From: Octopus sinensis
Lineage: Eukaryota
NCBI RefSeq assembly: GCF_006345805.1
Contig: NC_043017.1
Span: forward strand, 9,114,001 to 9,178,000
Length of the DNA stretch: 64,000 nt
Reading direction: 5' to 3'
In this document: positions 51,052 to 64,000 of the stretch, one piece after another
How positions within the stretch are numbered: position 1 is the stretch's first letter
How the letters are laid out: every line of letters starts with the position of its first letter
Program-made: the position numbers and the translations under genes
Notes under the pieces: model-generated
What the model was told of the DNA's origin: nothing
Databases searched by the model: none
What the model saw: the letters and a program-made list of their open reading frames with translations, nothing else

Positions 51052-51091
<40 letters not shown>

Positions 51092-51329
51092 CACCGTGTT
51101 CTCATTTGCTGTAATTCCAGATGTTATTCCCATATTTCTGAATATTTTTATTCACATAATTAAGTTGTTTGTTTATTGGTGTTTAGTCACTTGTAAGATT
51201 TAGAGCTTCCACACCCGACAGTCGCTCCATGATTCATATGCTCGTATGTCTGTTATAGACATATACATACACACATACGCACGCACGCACACACACACAC
51301 CACACACACTCACACGTACATAGTTAGAG

Positions 51330-51365
<36 letters not shown>

Positions 51366-51387
51366 TTTCACACGCATATACATACAT

Positions 51388-51428
<41 letters not shown>

Positions 51429-51586
51429 ATATGTTATATTCGTATATATAACATATCACAATATATATATAATATATTTATATATAATATATATATCTAA
51501 ATATTATATATATATATACTAATCTATATTATAGTATATATAGCTATAATATACGTATATATATATAGTATTATATATAATAAATA

Positions 51587-51624
<38 letters not shown>

Positions 51625-51990
51625 ATATATGTATTATTTATGTATGTAGTGTGTGTGAAAATCTATCTATCTATCTACCTCTCCTCCTCTCTCTCTCTCT
51701 CTATCTAACTATATACGTGTATGTGTGTGTGCGCGCTATGTATATATATATATATATATATATATAGTATATATATTATATGTATTTTTCCATACATACA
51801 TGCATATATACGTATGTGCGAATGCGTGTGTATGTGCATAGAATAATTAATGATTACATATGTATTAATGACATATGTAAGTAGGTAAATGTGTATATAT
51901 ATATATATGATACACATCCACGCGCATGCACATACACACACATACATGCATGCATGCATACATACATACATACATACATACATACATACA

Positions 51991-52021
<31 letters not shown>

Positions 52022-52469
52022 GGCCGCTATATACAACACAAGTTAACTGAGAAGTAGATTTCTATGTAGAACAAGAGACACGTGGGATGGAGTGTTGCTG
52101 AGGAGGTCGCAGGGTGTGTGACGAAAGATTTCCCGACAAAGGACATTAATATAAGGACAATAATAAATCTGAAATGAAGACAGAATATATAGTGCGTGTG
52201 TTTATTTGGGGGGGGGATGACCGTCCCAAAATATAGCATCCCATATATATATATATATTTCGCCCGACCTCACACGCCTACACACAGACGCACACACTAA
52301 CATATACATATATTTTTTGTTTTTTTATCTCGCCTCACACACACATACACACATGCACACGCACACACTCACACATACATACACATCTGTTGCGTTACCA
52401 ACCCTGTCTCCACTCTTTTGGCTTTAAAAACCTACTTTGCTCTTGTTATCGTAACTTCCGCTTTCACCA

Positions 52470-52690
52470 TGTGTACTTCGTAAACACCATCGTTTTTTTT
52501 TTTTTTCTCTCCTCTTGTTGCCCCCTGGGATCTTTCTTTCCTCTCTCTTCCTTCTTTATGTTTCCGACGAAGAGCTCCGCTCGAAACGTCATACCTTCCT
52601 GCTTCCATCTTTCCTGAGCCCTATTAATAATATACTGTAATTGTTCCACGTGTTGTTGTTTTTTTTCTGTTTTCCACCCATTGGATTAAA
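52470..52690 (+). mobile_element. Fourth copy of the hammerhead-bearing short element (motif 52560-52594)
   Basis: GTTT-CCGACGA-A-GAGC-TCC-GCTC-GAA-ACGT-C-ATAC. It ends at TTGGATTAAA before (TA)n. Confidence 0.65.
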
Positions 52691-53162
52691 ATTATATATT
52701 ATATATATATATATATATAGAGAATAAGAGATATAGAGAGAGAGAGAGAGTAGAAGAAAGAAAGAAAGAAGAGAAAGAAAGAAAGAAAGAAAGAAAGAGA
52801 CGGTAGAAAGAAGGAGAGAGAGGGGAGAGGGGGAGAGAGAGAGGGAGAGAGAGAGGGAGAGAGCAATGTAGGATAAATAGTACATGTATGTACCTACATT
52901 ACATTGTTTTTAATTTTGGGCACAAGGCTTGCAATTTCAAGGAAGGGCTAGGTCTATAACATCGACCCCAGTACTCAACAGGTACTTATTTTAATCGATG
53001 CCGAAAGAGTGAAAAGCCAAGTCGACGTCAGCAGAATTTGAACTCAGAACGTAGGAAATGCCGCTAACCATTTCCCCCATCGTGCAAACGATTCTGCCAG
53101 CTCGCCGCCTTATCAAGCATAACGTTGACTATATTACATACTTCACATAATATACTCTACAT

Positions 53163-53381
53163 CAGTGCTTTTCAACCTTTTTGCTGGAACGGAACCCCAA
53201 GAAAACATTCCACTGGCTCGAGGAACCCCTGTGCAATAATTTAATAGTCTTATGCACACATATCTGCACAGGAGAATTTAAAATTACTGTCGATTTTAGC
53301 ATTTTTGTAACTTCTTGCGGAACCCCTGGACTATACTGGCGGAACCCTAAGGTTCCGCGGAACCCTGGTTGAAAACCACTG
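53163..53381. mobile_element. hAT (Buster-type) MITE with perfect 8-bp TSD
   Basis: TIRs CAGTGCTTTTCAACC and GGTTGAAAACCACTG. TSD CTCTACAT at 53155-53162 and 53382-53389 (NNNTANNN pattern). Confidence 0.92.
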
Positions 53382-53389
53382 CTCTACAT

Positions 53390-53719
53390 CATAGGTTCTC
53401 AAAGTGGGCGCAACCGCCCCCCACCCCGATGGGCGTTGAGAGGGTCCATGTGGATGCTGGTGTTTAAGGGGGTCGTGCGGGGGTAGAGAAAAAGGAGTTA
53501 TTGGGAGTAAAGCAATGGATTAGGGAACGCTATGAATTTATAATATTATTATAGTTTTGTATACAAATTATATAATATATTAAATATCAAATGATTAATA
53601 GTATATATAAATTATTAAGATATCAAATATTTATTTATACATAAAAATAGGAGTGGGGACGCTGAGGATATTATGTGCCCATGAAGGGGGCGATGACCCT
53701 AAAAGTTTGAGACCCCCTG
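53390..53719. mobile_element. Second, older hAT MITE in tandem
   Basis: Ends CATAGGTTCTCAAAGTGG and AAGTTTGAGACCCCCTG, followed by CTCGACAT (one mismatch to the same TSD). Confidence 0.75.
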
Positions 53720-54103
53720 CTCGACATGTAAGGCGGGGAGATGGCAAAGTCGTTAGCAAGCCAGGTAAAATGATTATCCGTATTTCGCCCCTCTTTGCGT
53801 TCTGAGTTCAAATTCCGCCGAGATTGACTTTGCTTTTCATCCTTTCGGGGGTCAGTCGAGTACTGGGGTCGACGTAATCGACTACCCACAACCCCCAAAA
53901 TTTCAGGCCTTGCTCCTTCAGTAGAAAGGATTTGGTATGTAGGTTACTTCTGCTCGTAACCCAAGTGTAAACCTTGTGTATATAAAGACTGATCGCGAAT
54001 AGATTTGATTCGCCTTTTGAAATGGGGATTACGTTAGACAACAGGAGAAGGTCTTTGCCGCTAAGTACTTTTGCATAGACCAGCACACACAGACGTATGT
54101 GTA

Positions 54104-54159
<56 letters not shown>

Positions 54160-54364
54160 TGTATACACACACAATATATGTATATATATTATGTGTTTAC
54201 ATATATATATATGTATGTATATATACATGTATGTATGTATGTATGTATGAATGTATTCGGTGGATACATTTTTTAGTGCTCAAGCACTAATTCAATGTGT
54301 GTGTATGTGTGTAATATATATGTATATATGTGTGTTTGTATATGTGTATGTGTATGTGCGTATA

Positions 54365-54395
<31 letters not shown>

Positions 54396-54734
54396 GTATT
54401 TATGTATGTATTTATATATGTACGTAGACTCGGTAAGAGAAAAGGAGAGATGAACACACACACACATACACACACACATATACACAGACACACACACAGA
54501 CACACACACACACGCACACACACACACACAACACGCACACACACCAAACAAACAAAACCATAGTATATAAACATCTGTTGGCAGTATGTTTATATCACGT
54601 GGTCTGCTCGCTTCTGACAGCAGCGCGAGGTGACTGAGGACAGAAGTTAGTCATACTTAACGACACACCAACACTCGATATGGCATCGAACATGTGACGA
54701 CACTCGGCGGTGCTGACGTCGAGAGACGACGACG

Positions 54735-55812
54735 TCTAGACATTTTTCAGCTGGTAGGCAACACGTTGCACCTCTCACTTGCTTTACGCTTTCACTGTTT
54801 TTTACTCGTGCTGCTGTAGGCAACTTGACTGCGGCATGCTGGAGCAACAGCCTTGAAGAAATTTAAGTCGAACGAGTCGAGCCTAGTCTCCCAGACTGTA
54901 CTTTGAGCTGGCAGAATCGTTAGCAACAGGGTGAAATGCTTAGCGGTATTTCGTCTGCGCTACGTTCTGAGTTCAAATTCCGCCGAGGTCGACTTTGCCT
55001 TCATCCTTTTCGGGTCGATAAATTAAGTACCAGTTACGCACTGGGGTCTAGACATTTTCAGCTGGTAGGCAACACGTTGCACCTCTCACTTGCTTTACCG
55101 CTTTCACTGTTTTTTACTCGTGCTGCTGGTAGGCAACTTGACTGCGGCCATGCTGGAGCACACCGCCTTGAAGAAATTCTAAGTCGAACGAGTCGAGCCC
55201 AGTCTCTCAGACTGGTACTTTGAGCTGGCAGAATCGTTAGCACACCGGGTGAAATGCTTAGCGGTATTTCGTCTGCTGTTACGTTCTGAGTTCAAATTCC
55301 GCCGAAGTCGACTTTGCCTTTCATTCTTTCGGGGTCGATAAATTAAGTACCAGTTACGCACTGGGGTCGATGTAATCGACTTAATACCTATGTCTGTCCT
55401 TGTTTGTCCCCTCTGTGTTTAGCCCCTTGTGGGTAATAAAGAAATAAGTATTTCGTCTGCTGTTACGTTCTGAGTTCAAATTCCGCCGAGGTCGACTTTG
55501 CCTTTCATCCTTTCGGGGTCGATAAATTAAGTACCAGTTACGCACTGGGGTCGATGTAATCGACTTAATACCTATATCTGTCCTTGTTTGTCCCCTCTGT
55601 GTTTAGCCCCTTGTGGGTAATAAAGAAATAAGTATTTCGTCTGCTGTTACGTTCTGAGTTCAAATTCCGCCGAGGTCGACTTTGCCTTTCATCATTTCGG
55701 GGTCGATAAATTAAGTACCAGTTACGCACTGGGGTCGATGTAATCGACTTAATACCTATGTCTGTCCTTGTTTGTCCCCTCTATGTTTAACCCCTTGTGG
55801 GTAATAAAGAAA
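54735..55812 (+). repeat. Tandem amplification of SINE B: ~312 bp duplication plus three 184-bp units
   Basis: TCTAGACATTTT(T)CAGCTGG at ~54736 and ~55047. TATTTCGTCTGCTGTTACG starts at 55265, 55449 and 55633. Confidence 0.9.
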
Positions 55813-55946
55813 TTGGTACTTGTTCTATCGGTGACCATATGTCGAACCGCCAGGCTATAGGGGACGTAAACACACCAACGCCAATTGTCAGGAGGCGGTG
55901 GGGGGACAAACATACACACACACACTACAAACATATAAACATACAA

Positions 55947-55992
<46 letters not shown>

Positions 55993-56239
55993 TTCTTTAC
56001 TGCCCACAAGGGGCTAAACACAGAGAGGACAAACAAGGACAGACAAAGGGATTAAGTCGATTACATCGACCCCAGTGCGAAACTGGTACTTTTATTTATC
56101 GACCCCGAAGGGATGAAAGGCAAAGTCGACCTCGGCGGAATTTGAACTCAGAACGTAACGACAGACGAAATACCAGCTCGCCGCTACACATATAAACACA
56201 CAAATACACACTCTCACACACACACACACACATACATGT

Positions 56240-56695
56240 AGGCGCAGGAGTGTACGTGTGGTAAGAAGATTGCTTCCCAACTACATGATTTCGAGTTCAG
56301 TCCCAGTGAGTGGCACCTTGGGCAAGTGTCTTCTACTGTAGCCTCGAACCGACCAAATCCTTGTGAGTGGATTTTGGTAAACAGAAACTGAAAGAAGCCC
56401 GACGTATATATATATATGTATATATCTTTGTGTGTGTGTGTGTGTGTGTGGTGTGTGTGTGTGTGTGTGCGTGCGTGTGTGCGCGCGCGTGTGTGAGGTT
56501 GTCCCCTCACCATCGATTGACAAACGATGTTGGTGTGTTTACGTCCCCGTAACTTAGCGGTTCGACAAAAGAGACCAATTTAATAAGTACTAGGCTTACA
56601 AAGAATAAGTCCTGGAGTCGATTTGTTCGACTAAAGGCGGTGCTCCAGTATGGCCACAGTCAAATGACTGAAACAATTAAAAGAATAAATAAAAG
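56240..56695 (+). mobile_element. SINE family A
   Basis: Full colinear copy. Confidence 0.8.
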
Positions 56696-56696
56696 A

Positions 56697-56727
<31 letters not shown>

Positions 56728-56749
56728 ATATATTATATATATAATATAT

Positions 56750-56780
<31 letters not shown>

Positions 56781-56994
56781 TTGTGCAATGGGCTGCCTTC
56801 AGTTTCCGTTTTATCAAGTCCTCTCGCAAGGCTGACTCTATAGTAGAAGGCACTAGCTCAAGGTACCATGCAGTGGGACTGAACCCACAACCACGTCAAT
56901 GAGAAGCAAACTTCTTACCACACGCCTACACCTGCTCCGTCCCTATCGAACCGACGATCAGAGCCTCTCTTCTTCTGATATCTAACGTACAGCG

Positions 56995-57230
56995 AAGGCG
57001 GCGAGCTGACAGAAACGTTAGCACGCCCCGAGCGAAATGTTTAGCAGTATTTCGTCTGTCGTTACGTCCTGAGTTCAAATTCCGCCGAGGTCGACTTTGC
57101 CTTTCATCCTTTCGGGGTCGATAAATAAAAGTACCAGTTACGCACTGGGGTCGATGTAATCGACTTAATACCTTTGTCTGTCCTTGTTTGTCCTCTCTAT
57201 GTTTAGCCCCTTGTGGGCAATAAAGAAATA
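56995..57230 (+). mobile_element. SINE family B
   Basis: Full colinear copy from AGGCGGCGAGCTG to TAAAGAAATA. Confidence 0.85.
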
Positions 57231-58870
57231 TATATACTTTTCCCAAGACATGTTTGCAAAGAAAGAACACATATCACAGCATAATGTATTTAAAATCAAA
57301 GAAAATTAACATTTGTTGTAATTGTTTCTTTAAAAAGATTGAAAATGCTGGAATGCGATTTCATGAAGAATTTAACAATAAATACATGTACCTATGCAAA
57401 AATAACAAAAAATGAAAAAAAGACATAGAAAAGACATGGACAAGATAGAATACTTAATGCATAAACAATGGATGAAAACACGTGATTATGATAACAATGA
57501 TCATGAGATAAAACCAAAATAGCTATCGTGCTAATTTGATTGCTGGAAGTGTTAAATAGATTGCTCCGAAACGAAATTTGAATGCTCGAAAAGACGCTTC
57601 CTCGCATTCCGACTTTTTTTAATGCTCTCGACGGGCATTTTAATTGGAATGAGGTAAATGCTAAATTCTTTGAATGAAGTGCGAAATTGAGTGATCGAAC
57701 AACCTATTTGAATGACTAACTTCATGGCGGCGCTAATTTTTTTCGCGACTTTGAATGACCCGATTATCAAATTGAATGACAAACGTACAAAAATGACTGA
57801 AAAAAAAAAAACTTTATTATTATACACACATGTACACTCAAACATATATATGATGGGCTTCCACATAGTTTCCATCTACCTAATTCACTCACAAAGCATT
57901 ATTCGTTACCACTTCTAAAACCATCACAGTTGCTGAAAACTGAGTGTACATCACTCTGGGAACATTAGAAGGGTCTGAGCATAATTTATCTGTCATTTGT
58001 CCAGTTTGACTTTTGCTCTTGGTCGAAGATTTTCTTATTAGAGAAAAACGCAAAACATGCCATGTTCGTGAGGGTTTTAAACCTTGTTCAGTAACCACTT
58101 GGCACGGATGAAAAGGTTGAAAAGGTTTTCCTATGTCCTTGCAGGCATGATTTGCCCTCTCTTCAGTACGTATGATTTGTGACGAATGTTCCCGTGCACC
58201 ACAGTTCTGATAGTCCACTCCGACACCCGAAGGTCTTTGGCGATATCCCTCATTAATTTTCCACAATCATCATCAATGTTTTGAACCCGTTAGATGATTT
58301 ACGATGTTCTTATCATGACTGAACGTTTAAAATGTAGTTTTCTCTTTGATACAGTTGCAACAACATCCCCACCCAAAGACTTCCAATTCCATCCAAACTT
58401 TGTGTAAAAAGATCTTGTAACATTTCTAAAACTAACAACTTCTAAATCGCTGTTCTGCACATAAACCAACAATGACCACTTGTCTTTTCATTTCTTGTGT
58501 TATCAGTTTATCTGCCATGGGGGATGTGAAAGAGAAAAAAACCTTTTAATTGGTTTGAGGAGAGTAATGAGATACTGATAATTAACTGTTCGCAAACACC
58601 CCTCGAAGTCTGTAATATCTGTAACAGAATTTTTTTTGCTAAAAGTTCTGACACGCTTTTTATTTTGAAGTTTATCGATCTGTCCTAACACATACAAAAG
58701 CGATAACAGTTGATTGCCTAATATCAAAGAGAACTGTTTGTTTCCTTACATCTTTGTTCTTTCAATAAGAATGGAAGAATAACACACACGCACACACACA
58801 CACATGTACTTATGTATATACATACATACGTACGTACATACATACATACATACATACATACATACATACG

Positions 58871-58942
<72 letters not shown>

Positions 58943-58995
58943 CGCACCCATGTATGTATGAACAGACAGACAGACTGACAGACAGACTGACAGAC

Positions 58996-59142
<147 letters not shown>

Positions 59143-59320
59143 AGATAGATAGATGCGGAGACATGGCCGTGTGATAAGAAATTTACTTCCAAACAACATG
59201 GTTTCGAGCTCAGTGTCATTGCGTGGCACCTTGGGCAAGTGTCTCCCACTTAACCCCTGAGCTGACCAAAACTTTGTGAGTAGATTTGGTTGACGGAAAC
59301 TAACACAAGTACATCATATA

Positions 59321-59743
59321 TCTTTATATATAAAAGAGAGGTTGTGTGCTGTCTGTCTCCTACGATTTAGATTCCTAACTACTCCCACATTTTGCGGTGC
59401 AGTTTAACCAAAACCGGGTATCTTATAGTCGTGATTCATATCGAGCCCTTCTGGGTATTAGCGCGCGTCTACGATGAGTCTACGATTTAAAAAAAAATTT
59501 ACCATAAATTTTTCCCATTTTTAATGCATTTTTGGCATATATAAGGGAAGTAACTCTCTAAAGATTTATTGTTAAATCTCAGAACGTAAAAAGCTACAGT
59601 AACACCCCCCCCCCTTTGTGGTTAGCCATATTGAGCTGGCTATTATACTTTACATCTCTAAAAATGCTTATATAGTTTTTGAGTAAAAAACTATATCATG
59701 AGATAAAACCAAAAATCCGAGCAACGCCGGGCGATACTGCTAG
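59321..59743 (+). mobile_element. Non-autonomous Helitron
   Basis: A|TCTTTATATATAAAA 5' end, subterminal GC-rich CCGAGCAACGCCGGG, CTAG|T 3' end. Inserted between A and T with no TSD. Confidence 0.85.
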
Positions 59744-60335
59744 TATATATATATACATACATACACGTCGTCGTCGACTTACGACAACAATTGGCTCCGA
59801 CTGACAGGTCGTAAGTCGGCCTATAGGCCTACATAGCTTTGTTTTATAATTTTACATTCTTAAGGTACATTCTCTGGTAAAAAGTCACACACAGCATTCT
59901 GTATTATACTATTATACTGGCGCTAGACAAAAACTTCGGAGACTCAAGCAATCATCTTATAAACAAATACGAGGTGGCCTCGGACACGATAGTCATCCAA
60001 CACATTGGCGATCGACAATCATACTTAGGGGAAGCGTTTGTTAGATGACATCATCCGTAGATGGGTTAATCTCTAAGAAATTAAATCCATTAGAAATTCC
60101 AGGCTTTGGGTCGATAATAGAAAGGAGCTGGCAGAATCGTTAGCACTCCGAACAAAATGCTTAGTGGCAATTCGTCCGTCCTTACGTTCTGAGTTCAAAT
60201 TCCGCCGAGGTTGACTTTGCCTTTCATCATTTCGGGGTCGATAAATTAAGTACCAGTGAAACACTGGGGTCGATGTGATCGACTGCCCCCTTTCCACCAA
60301 ATTTCTGGCCTCTTGCCTATAGTAGAAAGGATTGA

Positions 60336-60336
<1 letters not shown>

Positions 60337-60380
<44 letters not shown>

Positions 60381-60408
60381 CATTAGTAGTAGTAGTAGTA
60401 GTAGTAGT

Positions 60409-60467
<59 letters not shown>

Positions 60468-60496
60468 CAGCAGCAGCAGCAGCAGTTGTAGTAGTA
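60337..60496. repeat. Compound (ATT)n(AGT)n(AGC)n microsatellite
   Basis: Directly visible. Confidence 0.95.
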
Positions 60497-61741
60497 TTTT
60501 GTTTTCCTACCACTGTTTGACAACCGATGTTGGTTTGCTAATGCCGCCGTAACATTGCGGTTCGGCAAAAGAGAGGGCTAGAGTAAGTACTAAATTTAAG
60601 AATAAATAAAAAGAAAGCAGTTTAATAGTACTGGGGGCTAATTTGTTCGACTGAAAGCTTTCAGGGCTGTGTTCCAGCATGGCCACAGTCCAATAACTTA
60701 AACATGTAAAAACAAATAGTATAAAAGGTTAAAAAAAAAAAGAAAAAGATCGTCTGAAAATAGGACGATGCAAGCAGCAGACAACGCCGTGATGGAAGCT
60801 ACTTTGGATAATTAAAATACCAAATATAATCGAAATTGTTGTGTAACCATTCTTTAAATGGAAGCGACCCAAAAATAATGCCTGACCTTGTAGCCAAAAT
60901 ACAAGATGGTACCGTAGCCAAGATCTATTGGCACTATTTCTTGGAGATTCCTCAAAATAAATGAAGGAAGAAACGAATAAAATATAGAGATATAATAGGT
61001 AAGTATTTGAGGAAAACAGAGCAGACGAGAAAGTTGAATTTTTATTAAGGTTAGAGCCGACCAGACGATACACTGCTTGGCTGTTGGCCGTCTCTTTTTG
61101 CGCTCTGTTGTTGTTACCCATAGTGTCTTCCGTAAACTCGATCGGTCAACTGTCAGAAGAATAAAACTGGGAAGCGCTATTTATTTATACATTGGTATAC
61201 ATACATTTACAAACGCACGTGTGTACATAAGTGCCCGCGCGCGCACACATACACACACATGTGCATGTATATATATATATATATATTGTTTTAGAATAAT
61301 ATATATAGAGAGAAAGACTCATATTGTCGTTGAATGCTCGAAATGCGAAGTAGATAGACAGCCGACAACTGATGAAGGGTCCTTTATCTGTGTTTACATG
61401 TCCTGTTTTCCGGTATTTATTTAATCGACCCCGAAAGGATGAAAGGCAAAGTCGGCCTCGGCGGAATTTGAACTCAGAACGTAACGGCAGACGAAATACC
61501 GCTACGCACTTAGCCAACGTTTCTGCCAGTTCGCCGCCTCAAAAGGTGCAAATATTATTATCATTATCAATAATATCAATCCGCCAACCTGTTGTTTTTG
61601 TACGTCCGTACCTGTGGTGTGTGTCACACTTACCCCAAAGGAAGAAAAGAGTGGCAGACGGGGAGAGAGGAGGACAGAGAGGAAGCAAGAGAAAAAGAGA
61701 GAGTGAGAGAGAAAGAGAGATAGTGAGAGAGACAGTAGATT

Positions 61742-64000
61742 ATAGTTTCCTAAAGTGGGCGAGGATCGCCCACCGGTGGGCAATTTCATCTTACAGGTGG
61801 GCGATGGTTGACTTTCTAGAAAATGATGAGCGATTTGAGAATTTGGTGGGCGATGTGAACATTTTGTGGGTGACAAAGAACTTTTAGAAATTCGGTCTGC
61901 ATTTACTTGTATCTAGGCATGCCTAGAATAAGGATGCACTTTTATAGATTTGACTACTCGCATGAGACGTCGCTTTGTATTATAAAAGCGGACTTGTTTA
62001 TCAATTGAATATTTTTGTCGCGCAGTCATTGAGATGGTTGTCATATTTGTTAAAAATACCAGCCAAGTAGGCCAAGGCCTTAAATCATGCTCCACCAATT
62101 TTTTTTTTCATAATTGTATGAAGCCCTGCGTGTAAAATACAAATTTGTAAAAATTATCTGAAAACTCGAACAAATAAAAAAAGTTATGAGGGGGTTACAT
62201 GTGCGTAATTCTACGATTTCATATCAAAACACAAGTGCTATTTTCAGGATGTTGACAAAATGTGCAGTCACGCACAAAGTGACAGCTTTGAAATTGTGTT
62301 TCTTGACTGGGTGAAAATGATCGAACTTTAAACCTCTATAACTTGTTAAAAACATTTTTTCTAGAAAAAGTTGAATAACTCCAGCAATTTAGCTTGAAAA
62401 AGCATATTAATGTGCCAAATTTTAAAATTTTTGATAAACTTTCGTTTTTGAAATGCTTGCAGCTAAACGAACTAGATCCGTATTTGCTCCAGTAAAAGAT
62501 ATGTAATCTGACTCTGCTCTATCGACTTCTCTTTGGGAATACCGTACTACCTTTCTGACGCCATCTGTAGAAATCCGTTTTCACATTTTCACTTTACTGA
62601 TGCCTCCAGTCAAGAAAATTTGTCGACAATACAGTAGTGATTATTTATCGTTTGGATTTATTCCTTCTCACAACTGTCAGTTACCAATGCGCCTTCTTTG
62701 CCATCAAACATCATGCTTGAAGTATCACTTTGATGCAAAGCATTCTGACAAGAAGGACAAGCCATTATCATACCTTTTGTAACTAAGCACCTCTTTCAAA
62801 AAGCAAACACAAACATTCAACACACTACCCCAGGAAACTAGTAAGCAGGAGAATTATTGGTTGGTTGCATCGTACAACATTGCATTGCTTGTTGCTAAGT
62901 CTGGGAAGTTTCACACCATTGGAGAAACATTACTTCACCCGGTTATCAAAGAGGTTTTGTCAACCGTTATGCACAAAAACGCGATAACATTAAGATCCCA
63001 CTTAGTAATAACACAATTTTTCAACACATCGCTGAACTGGCCAGCGATGTCAAACATCAGCTCATCAATATTCTCCAGCATTCTGAATTTTCTATACAAG
63101 TGGATGAATCAACTGCTGTGGACAATCGATGTTTGATGCTGGTATTTCAGCAAAGACCTTCGACCTTGTGAGGAAATGCTGTTCACAGAGAAATTGCTGC
63201 TTGATTCAAAAGGTGCAACTATTTTTCACACTCTCAAGTCTTTCCTTTTTTAATATAATATCCCACTCAGTAATATTCTTGTCTGTGCATCTGATGGGGC
63301 CCCTTCAATCATAGGAAGATACAGAGGTTTTTCATCTCTCCTAAAGCATGAAATTTCCCACCTGATGCTAATTGTTCATTGCTTGGCACACCGGCAGCAT
63401 TTAATGGCAAACGATGTGAATGGTAGATTGACTGATGCGCTACAGTTAGTTATCAAGACTGTGAACAAATTGAAGTCCAGTCCCTTGTCTGATCGAATTT
63501 TCCGTCAACTCTGTCTGAGAAATGATGAAGACTATACTAAACTCTTATACCATACTGAAGTGTCAAGAGAAAACTGTGTTTTACGCTTTGTTGAACTGTT
63601 TCATATAATCATATCTTTCTTATTTCTTTACTACCCACATGGGTAAACATAGAGGGGGACAAACAAGGACAGACAAACGGATTAAGCCGATTACATTGAC
63701 CCCAGTGCGTAACTGGTACTTAATTTATCGACGCCGAAAGGATGAACGGCAAAGTCGACCTCGGCGGAATTTGGACTCAGAACGCAACGGTAGACGAAAT
63801 ACGGCTACGCATTTCGCCCGGCGTGCTAACGTTTCTGCCAGCTCGCCGCCTTATATAATCATATCATTCTATGAAGATACTCCACTATCCACTTCATTGA
63901 TGGTTGCAAGGCGCGATATCGTTTTTTTTCTTTGTGATATATTCACAAAATTAAATGATTTGAATAAGTTATTGCAAGGAAACAGGAAAACACTCGTTGA
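61742..64000 (+). pseudogene. Decayed hAT Buster/Charlie-type transposon (SCAND3/ZBED5-like transposase), runs off the window
   Basis: Decayed TIR at ~61742. The frameshifted ORF from 62600 reads KKICRQYSSDYLSFGF, ASYNIALLVAKSGKFHTIGETL, PLSNNT, FSIQVDEST, DGAPS, HCLAHRQHL and LLYHTEV. A SINE B at ~63620-63851(-) interrupts it, with TSD ATATAATCATATC. Confidence 0.9.

Noticed and set aside
57890-58720. Complex sequence that may be a decayed transposase on minus
   Set aside because: No diagnostic motif recognisable by eye, so left uncalled.
62600-64000. Domesticated SCAND3/ZBED5-like host gene
   Set aside because: Multiple stops, frameshifts and a SINE insertion in the ORF indicate a dead transposon.

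Overview
AT-rich, repeat-dense animal genomic DNA. The SINE families and microsatellite load look like an octopus (coleoid cephalopod); this is an inference. The only host gene I can support is a GRASP55/65 (GORASP) Golgi-stacking gene on the minus strand. Coding exon 1 is 21624-21686 (MGGSFSTEVPGGGTEGYHVLR) and exon 2 is 1327-1407 ([27 protein letters not shown]), separated by a 20.2 kb intron; the gene continues past the left edge. Everything else is repeat-derived: tRNA-head SINEs, decayed mariner, hAT/Buster, CR1-type, R4/Dong-type and Penelope-like (PLE) elements, Helitron and MITE derivatives, microsatellites and one 100-N gap. Nearly all ORFs in the supplied track are microsatellite or SINE artefacts. 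The most striking unexplained signal is a dense set of minimal type I hammerhead-ribozyme (HHR) folds in short non-coding elements. Three unrelated elements (24.6, 38.5-38.7 and 46.8-47.0 kb) use a non-canonical UUGAnAA core, a compensatory U3-A8 swap of the C3-G8 pair. Two of these sit inside near-perfect fold-back palindromes that place a ribozyme motif on both strands. Also notable: a ~215 bp 28S rRNA D7a fragment captured inside a mariner element, a GASE-type ACGTGGC motif in the GORASP promoter, and a CpG-decay boundary consistent with gene-body methylation. All folds and alignments were done by eye.
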